Assembly (NCBI GenBank): GCA_012295275.1
Contig: CM022671.1
Coordinates: 11,346,001 to 11,410,000, forward strand
From: Chrysomallon squamiferum
Lineage: Eukaryota > Animalia > Mollusca
Length of the DNA stretch: 64,000 nt
Direction of reading: 5' to 3'
Shown: positions 38,243 through 52,011 of the stretch, piece by piece
How the letters are laid out: the number at the start of each line of letters is the position of its first letter
How positions within the stretch are numbered: position 1 is the first letter of the stretch
The notes under the pieces: generated by a model
Seen by the model: the letters and a program-made list of their open reading frames with translations, nothing else
Database searches by the model: none
What the model was told of the DNA's origin: nothing
Made by a program: the position numbers and the translations under genes

Positions 38243-38820
38243 AAGATGGCAATAAGATGATAATAACGAATCAAGATGAAAAATAACATATTAAGATGGC
38301 AGTAGCGTCTCAAGATGACAGTGACGTATGAAGATGACAATGACGTATGAAGATGACAATAACGTGTGAAGATGATAATGACGTATCAAGATGACAGTGA
38401 CGTATTAAGATGACAATAACGTATCAAGATGACAATATCGTATGAAGGTGACAATAACGTATGAATGTGACAATAACGTATTAAGATGACAATAACATAT
38501 GAAGGTGACAATAACGTATCAAGATGACAATAGTGTATCAAGATGACAATGATGTATGAAGATGACGAGGACGTATGAAGATGGTAATGCGTATTAACAT
38601 GACAGTAACGTATGAAGATGACAATGACGTATGAAGATGGTAATGCGTGTGAAGATGACAGTAACGTATGAAGATGGTAATGCGTATTAACATGACAGTA
38701 ACGTATGAAGATGACAATGACGTATGAAGATGGTAATGCGTATTAACATGACAGTAACGTATGAAGATGACAGTAACGTATGAAGATGACAATGACGTAT
38801 GAAGATGACAATAACGTATT
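38243..38820. repeat. 19-bp minisatellite with higher-order structure
   Basis: Consensus GTATGAAGATGACAATGAC, roughly 30 diverged units. An 18-bp variant (GTATGAAGATGGTAATGC) recurs in the distal half. Confidence 0.92.
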
Positions 38821-39340
38821 ATACTTTTAGTAGAGCTAAGGTACAAAATAAAATGAAAGAACTGTTATATTAACACATCGTTTGGTAAATTAAAACGTTT
38901 CTATGTAATAATAGTAACTAAGATATTAATGATGATGATTATAATAATGATGATGATGATAATTATGATGATTATGACAAAGATGTTTACGGTAATGACG
39001 ACGGCGATGATACTTCTAGAAATATAATTATTCTATTAATAATGAATAATTCCCGATGATATACGCATCATAATATTAGCCAGACAAAAGGATATCAATA
39101 TGATATTATCGCTTTTCCAAGCCAGTGAAATACTATACAGAAAAGACGTGAGAATTTGTGATTTGCAACAATCACTAATTAACCATGTATTTTCTGCGTC
39201 AAACACCGTCAATGGCCGACGGTGTGCGCGGTAAGCAGTGACCGAAATGGTTTTAAGAACTAAGGTACGTCAAGATCCGTAAGAATGAGGTTAGGAAGGA
39301 AAGGGGTGGATAGACGATAGAGGTCCTTACATGAGGTCTT

Positions 39341-39397
<57 letters not shown>

Positions 39398-39609
39398 TTT
39401 TTTTTTTTTTTTTTTTTTGGTAATTTGTAAGATGTTTTTTTTTTTTATTGAGAGCACATAACAGAAAAAGTAATGACTTGTCTAATACATGTTGCAATCT
39501 GTACTGGTTTTCCAAGATCACCCTAACATTTTGATAGGTAACCTGTGTAAACATCCCTGTGTACAGATATTAACTCATAGAAGATAGATTCTTATTTTCA
39601 TTATTATTA

Positions 39610-39646
<37 letters not shown>

Positions 39647-40166
39647 AGGTAAGTTATGTAGTATGTTGTTTATGACTGCTGTGTAAAATATTCAACTATA
39701 ATTGTAGAAAATAAACACGTTAAACTTGACAAAGGATAGCTAACAAACATCTCTGACTCTGTGTAGAAACTGGGCAAAAACTGAAAATTAAAAAGTATTC
39801 CCTGGATTCCCTCTCATTTCTATCACTGGCAATAAATCAGAGTCAATAACTAACTGTCATTTCCGTCTGAATGTTATTGACTGTCACGAATACGTTTTCA
39901 AAAGAACACGAAAACTATAGCGAGAAACGTTTTACAAAAGAACGGTTTGATACATTTAATAATATATCTTACTTCGCTGGTCTCGTTTTGTTGAAACACA
40001 ATAACAGTTCGACGAAATAATAACATTTCTACGTTCTGGTTGAAAGATAATCGCCATTATGGTGAAGGTGATGATTAAATCAGATCACATCAAAGAATAT
40101 ATGATCCGATTGCGACGTTAATCGTGAAATCGTTTAAACAAAAAAACTCCGAGTCTGAGAATAACT

Positions 40167-40200
<34 letters not shown>

Positions 40201-40327
40201 CGTTCATATATAAATACAGACGGTTCTTTGCTTATAATAAATTAGTGGGTGATTTGGGAAACTTCCATTTTCACTTCTTTGTAAACATAAATTTTCTTTT
40301 CTTCTTCTTCTTCTTATTATTATTATG

Positions 40328-40358
<31 letters not shown>

Positions 40359-40493
40359 CGACAACTTTCGAAAATAAATAAATTACTGCAATGTTGCTAC
40401 GCTTTGTCATTTTCTTTTATTTTATTTTTATTTTATTATTTTAAGAGGTGACATTACAATACAAAGAGAAGAAGAGCGGTGTGTGGATATCTG

Positions 40494-40532
<39 letters not shown>

Positions 40533-40869
40533 CATACATACATACGTATTTTACACGGTCTTATTATATTAGTGTATGGGTTATTATTGACGAAGATTGG
40601 TCAAACAAGTGAAACAGTTCATCACGTGGAAGTATGTTGACTCATCTGATATTATTTTTATTAGAGGTCATTATTGTGGATAAAATACAAAATCTTTTGA
40701 TTTCACTTTTAAACAGCTTAAACAATGACCTTCATGTGTTGCTTTCATTACACCCAGCACTCAGACAAACTGGCAATTTAATCAGATAGTAATCTATTAA
40801 CTGAAATCATTATTATATATTATTAATACATTTCCTTTGACGTCTGTTCTTATCAGGGCTGGGTTATCT

Positions 40870-42008
40870 GGTTGTAGGAAAGAAAGAAACAAGAAAAAAA
40901 GTAACAGGAAATAAAGAAACGGAATTAAAAGTAGCAGGTAAAAAAGAAACGGAAAGAAAGAAACACTACATTATTACTAAAATTCTTACTTTAAATGTGT
41001 TAAAGGTATTACATATTATTTTTTGTGCCAAACTAATATTTTTAATGCTTCTTAAATATTCCATCATAAATATGCACCTCTTTCACCCATTAGTTATCAT
41101 TCCCCAGCTAATAATCCATATATTTCACCATAAACACTATGTCATTCTATATCTCTACATCTCTGTAATATAAGTCAGTTTCCCAACTAACTTACCCAGT
41201 TGAGTTTTAATTGTCATTGAATCGTTGACCTATCCACCGGGTTCTTTAAATGTCTCAGTTATTTTCTTTAAGACGATATTCTCTAATTAACCCTTTCAAA
41301 GGATAATCCCTTCTCTTTATGTCCCCTTTATCTTATCCCATATATGGCTTCCCAGATGGCTTTCAACTTAATTACCCATGATATCAATATAAAAGATGTG
41401 AGGCAGCACCACTGCTCAGAATCATTAGTGCCATCATTAGAATAAATATCACAAATATATGAATAAAATTACTATGGAGGTCATCAAGAGTCAGAAAGTT
41501 GGATCAAAAATTTGTTATCATAGCCACATGTAAACCAAGTTAGCTACTAGTAAGAACAAGATTAGGTGGAAGTGCTCCAAGAAAGTCAGTCTTGATATGT
41601 ATAAGGGTGCATATACTGTAGATGATTTTATTATTCCAGAAGGGTGGAACAATACATTTCTCAGCATGTTTGGCCATCATCATCCTTCTGTCTGGAAAGT
41701 TATCCAGTGGTTCCAGCGTGAAGAATCCACTGTACGCACCGTTCTTCAACAGGATGAAGTTGGCAACCCCCGAAGAAGCGCAAGAACAAGCGTCATATTC
41801 GCCTCCAGAGGAGACTCAGATCCTTGTGTCAGGACAATGTCAATAGTTCCAAGTCCATTCCCGAGTTTTTGGTTGGAGTCGGACACAACATTCGTATTAC
41901 CAAGTGCTTATGAGAATAAATTTGTTCTGAATTAAACTTTTTCTTTCCGTTTTTTTTTTTTTTTTTTTTTTTTTTGCTAGCTTAATTGTTTCTTTCTTTC
42001 CGTTTACC
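40870..42008 (+). mobile_element. Internally deleted Mutator-like (MULE) DNA transposon
   Basis: Perfect 9-bp TSD GGGTTATCT at 40861-40869 and 42009-42017. Termini GGTTGTAGGAAAGAAAGAAAC and GTTTCTTTCTTTCCGTTTACC form imperfect TIRs with GGAAAnAAAGAAAC subrepeats. A transposase remnant lies inside. Confidence 0.92.
41474..41900 (+). pseudogene. MULE transposase remnant (FLYWCH-type N-terminus joined to C-terminal segment)
   Basis: MEVIKSQKVGSKICYHSHM*TK...IRWKCSKK...YKGA (FLYWCH-like, stop at 41531-41533) runs in frame into EGWNNTFLSMFGHHHPSVWKVIQWFQREE, which is typical of the MULE transposase C-terminus. The DDE core is missing. Confidence 0.85.
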
Positions 42009-42180
42009 GGGTTATCTAACAGATATAGTAGATAGACTACAGTACATGCGTAGAATCCACATTAGGTAAGTGAGGGAACGAAGTCTTCATTGATAAATTA
42101 AAACGGTAACCTTACATTTTTTATTTTTTTTATTTTATTTTATTTTATTTTTTTTATTTTATTTTATTTTATTTTATTTT

Positions 42181-42211
<31 letters not shown>

Positions 42212-45200
42212 AATGTACATACTTATGATAATGATAATGGGGGTCGTATTTTATAAAACTTGAGCGGAAGCTCAGAAGCCTCATAAGAATAAGTGAAAAA
42301 CTATTTCATTTTCTTTAACTTTTGTCCTTTCGAATATATCACTCGCAGTACCTGTAGCCCAGGGATACAAAATCTTATGCCTGCGTTGGATGAGGGATAC
42401 GCCTCATTCAATAAGAGTCCTCCTCCTCCGACTGGTGTCAGTTTGTATATTTTCATTCTGTGCTATGTAACATCGGTTTGACGTTTAGTTCGTCTATTTG
42501 ACAAAAACTAGAGAATAATTTGTTAAAATTCAAATTTGTTGTTGTATCGAATTAAATAGGACTGCAACTGTATCGTTACTGTGTATTTTTTTTTTTTTTT
42601 ATCTACCATCTGCTTTCTGTACCTGTTAGAACACTTATTACACCAAGTAATGGTGGAATAAAAAAGAAGTATAAATAAAATAGAATAATAATAAAATTAA
42701 ATAAAACAAAAATTTTTATGACTCCTGCAATAAACAATAGAAACAAATTATGTTCAGATATATAATATCCTAAGTTGAGCAAAATAAAATAAATAAATAA
42801 ATAATAAATAATGAAGTACGACATAAATAAAATAGAACTTAAAATTCTCCTTATGCCGTAATTTGAAAGGTAATGAGGTGTATTTTTATTGTCTGATATT
42901 TTTATTTGTTTTAAGCGTTGCAGGATGTGTTAGATTTTATAATTCAGATTTGTATAAATAAATTAAAAATAAAAGGTGAATTATGGTGGAAAAAATAAAA
43001 AAATTAATAAACGTTATAATTTCATGAAGTCTCAATGTTGTTACTGCACGGTGATCCGCCATTGATACGTCCAGTCCATAATAAATCTGTGCTTAAGAGG
43101 TTTTAATTGGTTAATTGAAAAAACGAGCGACTTTCCTTTTGAGTGAGGCCAGTCGAGTCACAGTGCTCCGCTATAAGCTTTAGAATAGAATTAGCTGAAA
43201 ATAACGCACACCACCAGTACCACTAATAAACACGGCAATATTGCCGATGATCGTAGATGTGACAGTTTTAATTCAGAGCTTTATTTAATTATAAGTAATT
43301 GATATAAAACGAAGAAGTCTGATAGGGAAACATGCTGTTGATATTGATCCGAAAAACGAAAATCAATTCGGAGAAATGAAAGACGATAATAATAATGTTT
43401 GTGGTTAGTGGAATTTTGGGATGTTTATAGCAGAATGTGGCACAACCATGTTCATAAAAAAAAAAAAATATTATTTAAATGATGATGGAAACTATAAAAA
43501 GGATTTTCTTTATTAGCAAATATTCATCTGAAATAAGAAGCCCATGTTGGAAAACACAATATTCACAAATGCTATAAAAAAGAGAAAAAGAAAATAGGAA
43601 GAAAAAGAAAACAGATACATTGGCTAGAGCAGGATAACCATATTGATTTTCTTTCTCAGCAGACAGAAAGGCAGTTGTACGAAAAGAGCAATGATCAGCT
43701 GTTCTAATTACTTGTGTCCCATCTCAGTTTTCTGGGGTTACTATGAATTGGCCAGTTTTCATTAATATTATGTAAACATAACCTAAGCCAAAGGTCCCAC
43801 CAGTTTCACTGTTTATACAAACCATAAACTCATATTACTGTAATCCACGAATATTTTCTGTGGTGGACTGACATTTTTAGGACTGTGAAGTTCTAACTTA
43901 TTCAACTTATTGTAGCTCTCAGCAAGTCTGGGTAGTCTGATATCAATGGACTTATTCCTTGGCTGATCTTTATAAACTTCCTCCTGGACAAGGGCTTGGT
44001 TTATCAAATAAACTGAAAACAGTCATAATGCAACTGATTCTACTACATTCCAACTGAAATATTGATAAAATAACTTTATAGAAAGCAATGGTTTTGGGGA
44101 GATTATTTTTTATAATCATTTAAAAAAACGAAAACATTATTATTATTATTAAAACAATTACCAATAAACCTATTTTTATCAAGGCTGAATAAATATTTCT
44201 GCTGGAGGTAGGTGATATTTTTATTCTGTGAAAGTGTGTTTACAAACATAACTGTAAAGCAACCATAAAATACCTATATCCATGTGATAACATGGGTTCC
44301 ATTCAAAAACAATTTCAATAATTTTGTTTTCCAATTTCAGCCAGACCCCCTGTGACTTGTTTATCTAAGTCCTTGTTATGTCCTTTATCACCATGAGAAG
44401 GTGCATATAAACTAAATCTTGCTTTTAATTTATGAGTCGTGGAGCTGAGGCACAGAAAATATATGACATTTAATAAGTGTTAATATAAGTGTCTCCTAAA
44501 AAAAACCTGATTTTTATTTTACTATTTTTCTTCAAAAGAGAATATAAATAGAATTTGGAGTTTCATTTCTTTTCAAAAGTATATTTTAATCAACAAAATT
44601 TTGGTTAGATAAGTGACCATTCAAGTAAGAAAACGAATAATCAGATTTTTAGTGAATCCAGACAAAACAGAAATTAAAAGTTCTTCCATATACATGTTAC
44701 GAATAAATAATACAAACCAGAATCTACATAAATGTTATTAATTATGTATATAAATATTTCTCAGTATAGGTTTTCCACAGTGTACATGGTGTATATATTT
44801 AAATTTTAAAACTAATAATAAAAAAGTATCAGTATGTCCAAAACCATATCAACCAAAATACTATTTTACACGTAAATGAACATTTCAAACAATCTGCAGT
44901 CCTGTTTTTAAAAGTGTTATCTGATACTGACAGTGCATTAATTTCAGAATTTCATTCAGAATTCTGTTTGCAGTACATTAGAAGTTAGCATGACTTCGTC
45001 AAAAAAATAATTATAGCTTGTTCAGAGGATGGTTTAAATGGAAAACACCAGGAAAACATTCTGATTTGAAATTATATTCCTGTTCCAGAACTGGGTGCAC
45101 AAAATTTGACCAAACAAAAATAATTAGTTTCAGTTACATATTAAATGAATAATACTTCAATGAAATGAATGAAGAATCAAAATCTTTTATTTGTATCATA

Positions 45201-45840
45201 AAAAGTATTTATTAGCAAATTAACTTTCAACTTTCAAAACCTAACATTTTTTGACTGGATTGAATAAAATACTTTTTTTTTTCCTTCACATCCTGGACTA
45301 TGACTTTACAAAACAGAAAAAAATTAAATTCCCCCGATTATATAAATCATCTTGTGCAAACAATTATACAAGAGAACTATTAACATTTTACCAAATATTT
45401 GTCTTGGTATCAATATGAATGTTCTGTTAAAACTATCAACAAACATTTCACTGAGCTATGCTTTTACCTATTTACATTAGTCAAATTCAATTAAAAACTA
45501 AAAGTTACAATTACCAAATTCATTAAAAAAAATAATCTACCTTGATGTAATAAAATATACTGATTGCACAAGTTACTTCTTGGAAACAGAAGGTGATGAT
45601 ATTTATATAGTCCATATTTTCAATAGTATTTGCAAATACAATTGTCTCAGGAAAAGCATTCATGCCATCCCAGGCATTGTTTGGAATGTAGGACTGACTA
45701 TTATTGGGTTACATTCAGTGGATAGCTGGAACAAACAGTGAAGATGTTATAAACAATACACTTTTATGAATTTTTATATATGGTTCTCCATGAGGTGAAA
45801 TTATGTTTGGCAGCATATGAATAACAATGTGTTTAATATT

Positions 45841-45884
<44 letters not shown>

Positions 45885-48562
45885 TCCTCAAAGATTTAAT
45901 GTTATTCACTGTTTTAAAATACATGTTTTATACATTATAAATTTTGTTAAGTACATGTGGTATTTTCCAGTTATTTTTGACATGTTAGTTATTAAACAAG
46001 ATGTCTGAAATTGCTATATCAACAACAACAATTATTTAAAATACATGTATTTGTATGTACAATGAGTTTTTAGTAGGTAACATTCAAATTTGCATTTAGT
46101 TTCACACTTCAGTTAAAAATAATATCAAATTAATTATTCAGCCACTCAACACAACAATATAATTATATCAAAACACAACATACCACACAGTGATCAAAAC
46201 ATTAGCAACAACTGCTTCGTTATTATTCAAGTGGACAACAGTATCACATTTTGATTTTTAAGAATGCAAAATATCGTGAAATAGATTTTTATTTTATTTA
46301 TTTTGTTTAAATGATAATAAAAATGAATTTATAAAATCATATAATATTGTGACCCAGAATTTATTATACAAGCAAGGTGTCAGTTTTTGTGTGCATATTT
46401 AACAACTGACAAAGTGACTATTCACATTGATAAAATGGTTATGAATCATGTTGTTCATGAAGCAATTCTCAATCATTAACCCATATAAAATATGATGTGG
46501 TTATTTAAACAGAAAGAAAAATGAGTGAACAGATGTTAAAATATTATGATTTCCACTTTTAAAAGTAAAAGATTATATCATTTATTATGCACAAACACTT
46601 ATTATGTAAAGATATTGATGAAATGTATAAAATTATCTTTTTAATGCTTACATTTTTTATTGATATTATGAACCACAAACAATAAATGTGCAATTAAAAA
46701 CCTGTAAATTGTAAAAATAATTCACCAATAATGAGTACTATTAGAGTATTTTACTGAATGAAGTCTTTGAAATTTCTTAAATAGCAAAACCATTTTAAAG
46801 ATGTTTACATACACAAACCAGCAAATAACAGAGACACAGGTATGATACAAACTACAAAAGAGATTTAAAAAAAAAAAAAGTACAACAAACAAAAAATAAT
46901 TATCAAAAATAAGACTGCGTTATTTTAACATGTAGATACTGCTTGGTAATTTGGTTCATTATGGTTTATATTTTATTAACATTATCAAGATTATCACTTC
47001 TTGTACTTGATTTTGAAAGTAATGCTTTAGCTCTTAAATTTTTTTTTGAGAAAATTTATTTATCACGAAGTTATTTGCTGGTATAAATTCTGTAAATGAT
47101 TTAGTATTATTACTCAACAAGAATTATTTTGCTTTTTGTTTAAAAATATACAATAAACATGGAATTAAGTTCTAATTTTATTTTTAGAATATAAACAAAC
47201 AGAATTTTATTAAAAATGTTAATGTTAGGATAATATAAGTTTGTCTTGTAATATACTAAAAAAGTAAACAAAAATAAATATTTTACCACTGTTTAAAATA
47301 ATCACAGTTATGAAGACAAATAGATTTTGTTTTTAGAAATTAACCATCAATTAAAAATAAATATCAGCAAATATGTCTGGATTAAAAAATAATAATAAAA
47401 ATTAAAATCAAATCAAATAAAATGCAACAGATAAGTCTATCTTTGTTCAGTTTCATTAAAATAAATGTTATCAGTATAAAATATATGAAATAAGAATTAC
47501 AATGTGTGAAATTCTTTTAAAAATTAATTTAGAAAAACAACAACTCTGAAAACCTGTTTACTAAGTAGGTGGGATAGCTTTTCAAAAAATTAAAAAATGA
47601 TATAAAAAGATTATGTCATCTTTTTTAAAAAATAAAACTTTAAATAATTTTCATCAAGATATTCTTCTTATACATTTGTGGCAAAAATTACTAGTTTTAT
47701 CTTCAAACATGTTAAAATATTATAAATGACACTTTAAATGTATTTTCATTTGCTGAAGTGAACAGTATTGTACATATTTAATCAAAAAATGTGTACTGAA
47801 TACCAATTTACTGCTTGGGTAATATCTTGAAATAAAATTACTCTTGCAGATCATATATTATCACTATTACATAGTGCATAACAAGCCACTGAACATTTAA
47901 AAAGGAAATATATTTACACCTCCATAGAAATAAGTTTGTTAAATTTTGACATACTGCATTGCGCACATCTTGAATAACTGTAACACTAAATACAAAATGC
48001 AGTAAAATAATGGAAAAAGTTCCAACATAAGTTTGAATTATTTCTTTGAAATGCAACAAAATAATCCGAAGTCACATCACAGATAAAGCTGTTTTGTAAC
48101 TGGTTTTCATGACTGGTAGCTTCAGTATATTCTTACTCACCAAAACTAAGGTTTTATTTAAAGTATTTGTTATTTAAAAACACTTATATACATTTTGTTT
48201 TAATCCCACCCAAACAATATTTTAGTTGAAAAAAAAAAAATCCACTTTTCAAAACATCCCAGAAAGAAATTTTGAAATCCAGTCTGCAAACAGTAAAACA
48301 CATACAAACGCTACCAAATTTTGTACAATTCTCCAGTGTTAAAATTGTTCCTTTGATTATAAAACTTCTAGTATCACACTTGTTACTGCTGCAGCAAAGT
48401 TCATGGACGGGTTGTTTGTTCTTATTTTCATTTCTTTTTTATTTTGTTATTATTATTTATGTATTTTTTTTTTTTTTTCTTTTTTCTTTTTTTAATTTTT
48501 TTTCTTCTCATTTTTGGATTATACACAATCTCAAAACTTCAGTGTCAAATGTATTTTGCATG

Positions 48563-50242
48563 TTATAGAGTTGAGCCAATCTGTGGTAATTTTGTTCTAG
48601 CATTTAGTTCATCACCTATTCCAAGATGTCGTGTTTTTCCACTGGCTGAAATAGAACCGTTAGGTAGCTTTGGCATTCCTGTATTGCGACTGGCTCCTGA
48701 ATTTCTTATGGTACCTGAATCCAACCGTGTTTCATTTGATGGTGCTTTTGGCAGACGTCGTCTAAGCCAAGGATGCCTAAGAGCTTGGCCTGGAGTCATT
48801 CGTGTTGCTGGGTCCCAGTCTAAGCTACGTTTCATGAAGTCAATAAAAAGTGGATCATCAGTACCCTTGAGAGCTGTGACCATTTCCTTGCTCTGAGGTG
48901 GACCTCTAGTTTTCCCTCTCCTAGATCTTCCTCCATTTAATACAGTACTGCCATCAGGCATGGTTGATACAGTGCAGTATCTTGGATAACCCTTTGAACT
49001 AATGAAGTTTCTTGCTCGTTTTGATTGGTCCAGTAGCTTTTGTGGTGGCATGCCAAAGAGTTCAATGATACATGCTAGCTGATCACCTTCATCTTCACCC
49101 GGAAATAGTGGATATCCAGTAAGTAATTCTGCAAGAATACACCCAAGACTCCACATATCTATAGGCATACCATACTTGGCTCCTAGAATAACTTCTGGTG
49201 CTCTGTAGAATCGTGATTGAATGTATGTGTATATCCGCTGGTGTTCATAGCAGCTAGATCCAAAATCAATCACTTTTATTCCACTCCGACCCTGCTGTTT
49301 TAACAGAATATTTTCTGGTTTGAGATCACAGTGAATTATTCTATTTTTATACAGAGCATCTAAGCATTGCAAAATGGAGTGTGCAAACTTTCTCACAAGC
49401 TGCAGACTGAATCCCTGAAATTTGTTCTTTTTTATGAGCTCATACAAATTCATACTTAACAGTTCAAATGTTATGCATATGTGATTTCGGAAAGTAAAAT
49501 GTTCTAGCATATGTACAATATTCATGAGATTGTCCTTATCCTGCTTTTTCAGATGTTCTAAAATTCGTATTTCTTCTTGAGCTTGTCGATGAAATCGTTT
49601 CTCATTTCTAACCATTTTCAATGCTACATGTTGTGCAATTCTGTGGTCATATGCCTTTACCACTTGGCCAAAACTACCTTTACCAATCACTTTTAGAACT
49701 TCATAACGATATGATACATGATCATGAGGTACATGAATATATGACCCGTTATCATCATCATACCCATTGTTATTTGCTCCTCCAATGACTCCTTGTCTTT
49801 TCTTTGCATTTTGGCCAACAAAGTAAATTTGCGGAAAACTAAAGATTTCATGATGTTCAAATGGACTCAGTTTATGCATATACTGCTTCATAGCAGTTTC
49901 TGGAGTCATAGTATTACCTCTTCTCGCCGCCGATCCACCTTTACTTGTAATACTGCCAGCACTAGAACTTGGCCTTGCAGGGACGACTTGATTGTCTTCA
50001 TTGTGATCGCCGCCATTTTGGTTATCTCGCTTTTCGCGATGATGTTTGTGATCCTCGAACAACTGCTGTACTTTGACGCTGGTATTCATATGAGAACTGT
50101 GAGCCGTTCCACCGACCGTTTGACTACTTAAAGGAGGGAGATGATGTGATGTGGTATCGATTGTATTATGTGTGTACATATCCCCTGTGGTTAGCAAGGA
50201 CCGGGTCCTCTGTGCTGGGACCGCTTTAACACGCGTGGACAT
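48563..50242 (-). CDS. DYRK2: Dual-specificity tyrosine-phosphorylation-regulated kinase 2 (class II DYRK2/3 orthologue), intronless, 559 aa
   Basis: Motifs present: VQQLFED, NAPA region ([19 protein letters not shown]), DH box ([11 protein letters not shown]), [23 protein letters not shown], activation loop [13 protein letters not shown] and the [10 protein letters not shown] insert. Confidence 0.98.
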   Translation of the reverse strand: MSTRVKAVPAQRTRSLLTTGDMYTHNTIDTTSHHLPPLSSQTVGGTAHSSHMNTSVKVQQLFEDHKHHREKRDNQNGGDHNEDNQVVPARPSSSAGSITSKGGSAARRGNTMTPETAMKQYMHKLSPFEHHEIFSFPQIYFVGQNAKKRQGVIGGANNNGYDDDNGSYIHVPHDHVSYRYEVLKVIGKGSFGQVVKAYDHRIAQHVALKMVRNEKRFHRQAQEEIRILEHLKKQDKDNLMNIVHMLEHFTFRNHICITFELLSMNLYELIKKNKFQGFSLQLVRKFAHSILQCLDALYKNRIIHCDLKPENILLKQQGRSGIKVIDFGSSCYEHQRIYTYIQSRFYRAPEVILGAKYGMPIDMWSLGCILAELLTGYPLFPGEDEGDQLACIIELFGMPPQKLLDQSKRARNFISSKGYPRYCTVSTMPDGSTVLNGGRSRRGKTRGPPQSKEMVTALKGTDDPLFIDFMKRSLDWDPATRMTPGQALRHPWLRRRLPKAPSNETRLDSGTIRNSGASRNTGMPKLPNGSISASGKTRHLGIGDELNARTKLPQIGSTL

Positions 50243-50250
50243 TCTTCCAT
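50191..50250 (-). promoter_or_regulatory. Overlapping out-of-frame uORF (19 aa) at the DYRK2 start
   Basis: ATG at 50250, 8 nt upstream of the main ATG, reads [19 protein letters not shown]. Confidence 0.55.
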
Positions 50251-50329
50251 TGATCCAACCGCGTGTTTAAATTATAAAGTTTCTTACCACTACATTGTTG
50301 TCCGTTAACGAAATATCTTTAAGTTTTAG

Positions 50330-50550
50330 TCCAGAAAAGTATAACATATACTGTATAGCTCCCTCCGTTCAATCTTCTCCGGGCGAAGAGCACAGTGTTG
50401 TTATTTAGCGAAAGAATGGACTCATCGTTGCCATGCGCAACCTGGTTGGCCAGACGTAGTGTGCGTGACGTCGTGGAAACTGTGGTCACGTGAATCAACA
50501 AAACCGTATGACATACTGACACTCGTAATATCCACGCAATCAAGCGGTTA
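50330..50550 (-). promoter_or_regulatory. DYRK2 proximal promoter
   Basis: CpG-dense. Contains X-box-like GTTGCCATGCGCAAC (50427-50441), CRE-like TGACGTCG (50466-50473) and E-box GTCACGTGA (50485-50493). Confidence 0.65.
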
Positions 50551-50905
50551 ATTTCATGTTTTATTAAATTTTATTGTCAAAAGCTTTTTGTTCCTCAGAT
50601 ACTCTTAATAATAATAATAATAATAAATATTACCACTTCATTATCGTAAATGAAGAACATTATTTCATATTGTGAAGTTTTAAATAAACACATATAATGA
50701 TATATAATGTATGATAGATACACAAACATACACATATATACAAATACATATCCTCACACAAACATATAGAACACAAATAAAAATAACGCGAAGGAAAAGA
50801 AAAACAACAAAAATACATACGTACATTTTGAATATGATTTCATTTGTCAAAATTACCATTTAATATAATAACAATACTAGCTAAAATAAATAGTGACAAA
50901 TTAAG

Positions 50906-50946
<41 letters not shown>

Positions 50947-51799
50947 CCTTTGGATGTAACAAAACAATTTACGCCTGTACACATCTCTAATCTAAGCACC
51001 CACTTATGCATAATATAATGTAAAACCTCTGTATGTAAAACTGAATCGTATTATATTAGTTAAAAAAATACACAATCTGTAGATTTTTAAGGTAAATATT
51101 AATTTTAAAAAATGAAAATAAAAATCAGTTGTTGACAGAAAAATGGTTTTCAAAATGATTATCATCATCGTCATCATCATCATCATCATCCTCCTCTGTA
51201 ATAACTATCGAAATAACGAAATAACAATGATAATCGTATGTAGGGGTGTGTTTTACACATCATATTTATTGTTTATAAACACTTTTCAAATACTTTGTAG
51301 TTTAAATGACTGTGAATCAGCAGAATAAGAACAATTAGTCTAAACCACAGTTATATTTCGGATGAAATTAGTTATTTTTTAAAGTCCAACCAGTTCAAGT
51401 AGGTATATCAGTTTTTAACATCTCGTTAGCACGATATAGTCAAAACATATTTTAATTCCAAAATATGAATGATTTTAATTGTCGATATTTTTGTTTTTAT
51501 GATGTATACGTGGTTAATGGACTAATATATATATATAAAGAAGTAGTTCCAGAAATAAAATTTGTATGTGCTAAAGCGTAGAATTCTGAAGCAGTCAGGG
51601 CTCAGTACAGCAGCTATTTATGTATGTATAATTAAAACAATTGAAAAAAAAAAATCCAGGGTAAATTCTTGTAAATTCTTATCCAGAGTAAAAGGATGAA
51701 AATTATTTAAATAATAAAACAATTTTTGTATTTCATAGTTGTGATTTTTAATCAGAATAGGGAAAAATGCTGATGTAGTTTACATAAATACGTGCATCT

Positions 51800-52011
51800 C
51801 TGATTAAAACCGGAATAAATAAAATAAAATAAATATAAACATGGATTTGAACACCGTAGCGAACATTAGAAGAACAAGAAAACGTGAACTCCGGTTAGAG
51901 ATTCGAATCGGAAACGGAAAGAGTAAATTCAAAACATGCGCACGTAAGAATATTGACGTGGAGAAAGTTTCATTTAATATTTTTGTACTTATTGAAACAT
52001 TTAAAATAAAA
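51800..52011 (+). promoter_or_regulatory. COPG proximal promoter
   Basis: CpG-rich. Contains ETS-like CCGGAA/CGGAAA motifs (~51810, 51909-51920), NRF1-like CATGCGCAC (~51935) and UPRE/CREB3-type TGACGTGG (51954-51961). Confidence 0.65.

Noticed and set aside
38538-38846. 102-aa repetitive His/Ser-rich ORF
   Set aside because: It is the translation of the 19-bp minisatellite, whose period is not a multiple of three.
39203-39243. 8-bp hairpin ACACCGTC/GACGGTGT followed by a CAGTGA motif
   Set aside because: Too short for a pre-miRNA, and the CAGTGA flanks do not pair as an IRE.
48444-50131. Plus-strand ORFs of 150 aa and 112 aa overlapping DYRK2
   Set aside because: They are antisense shadows of the kinase CDS with no recognisable domain.
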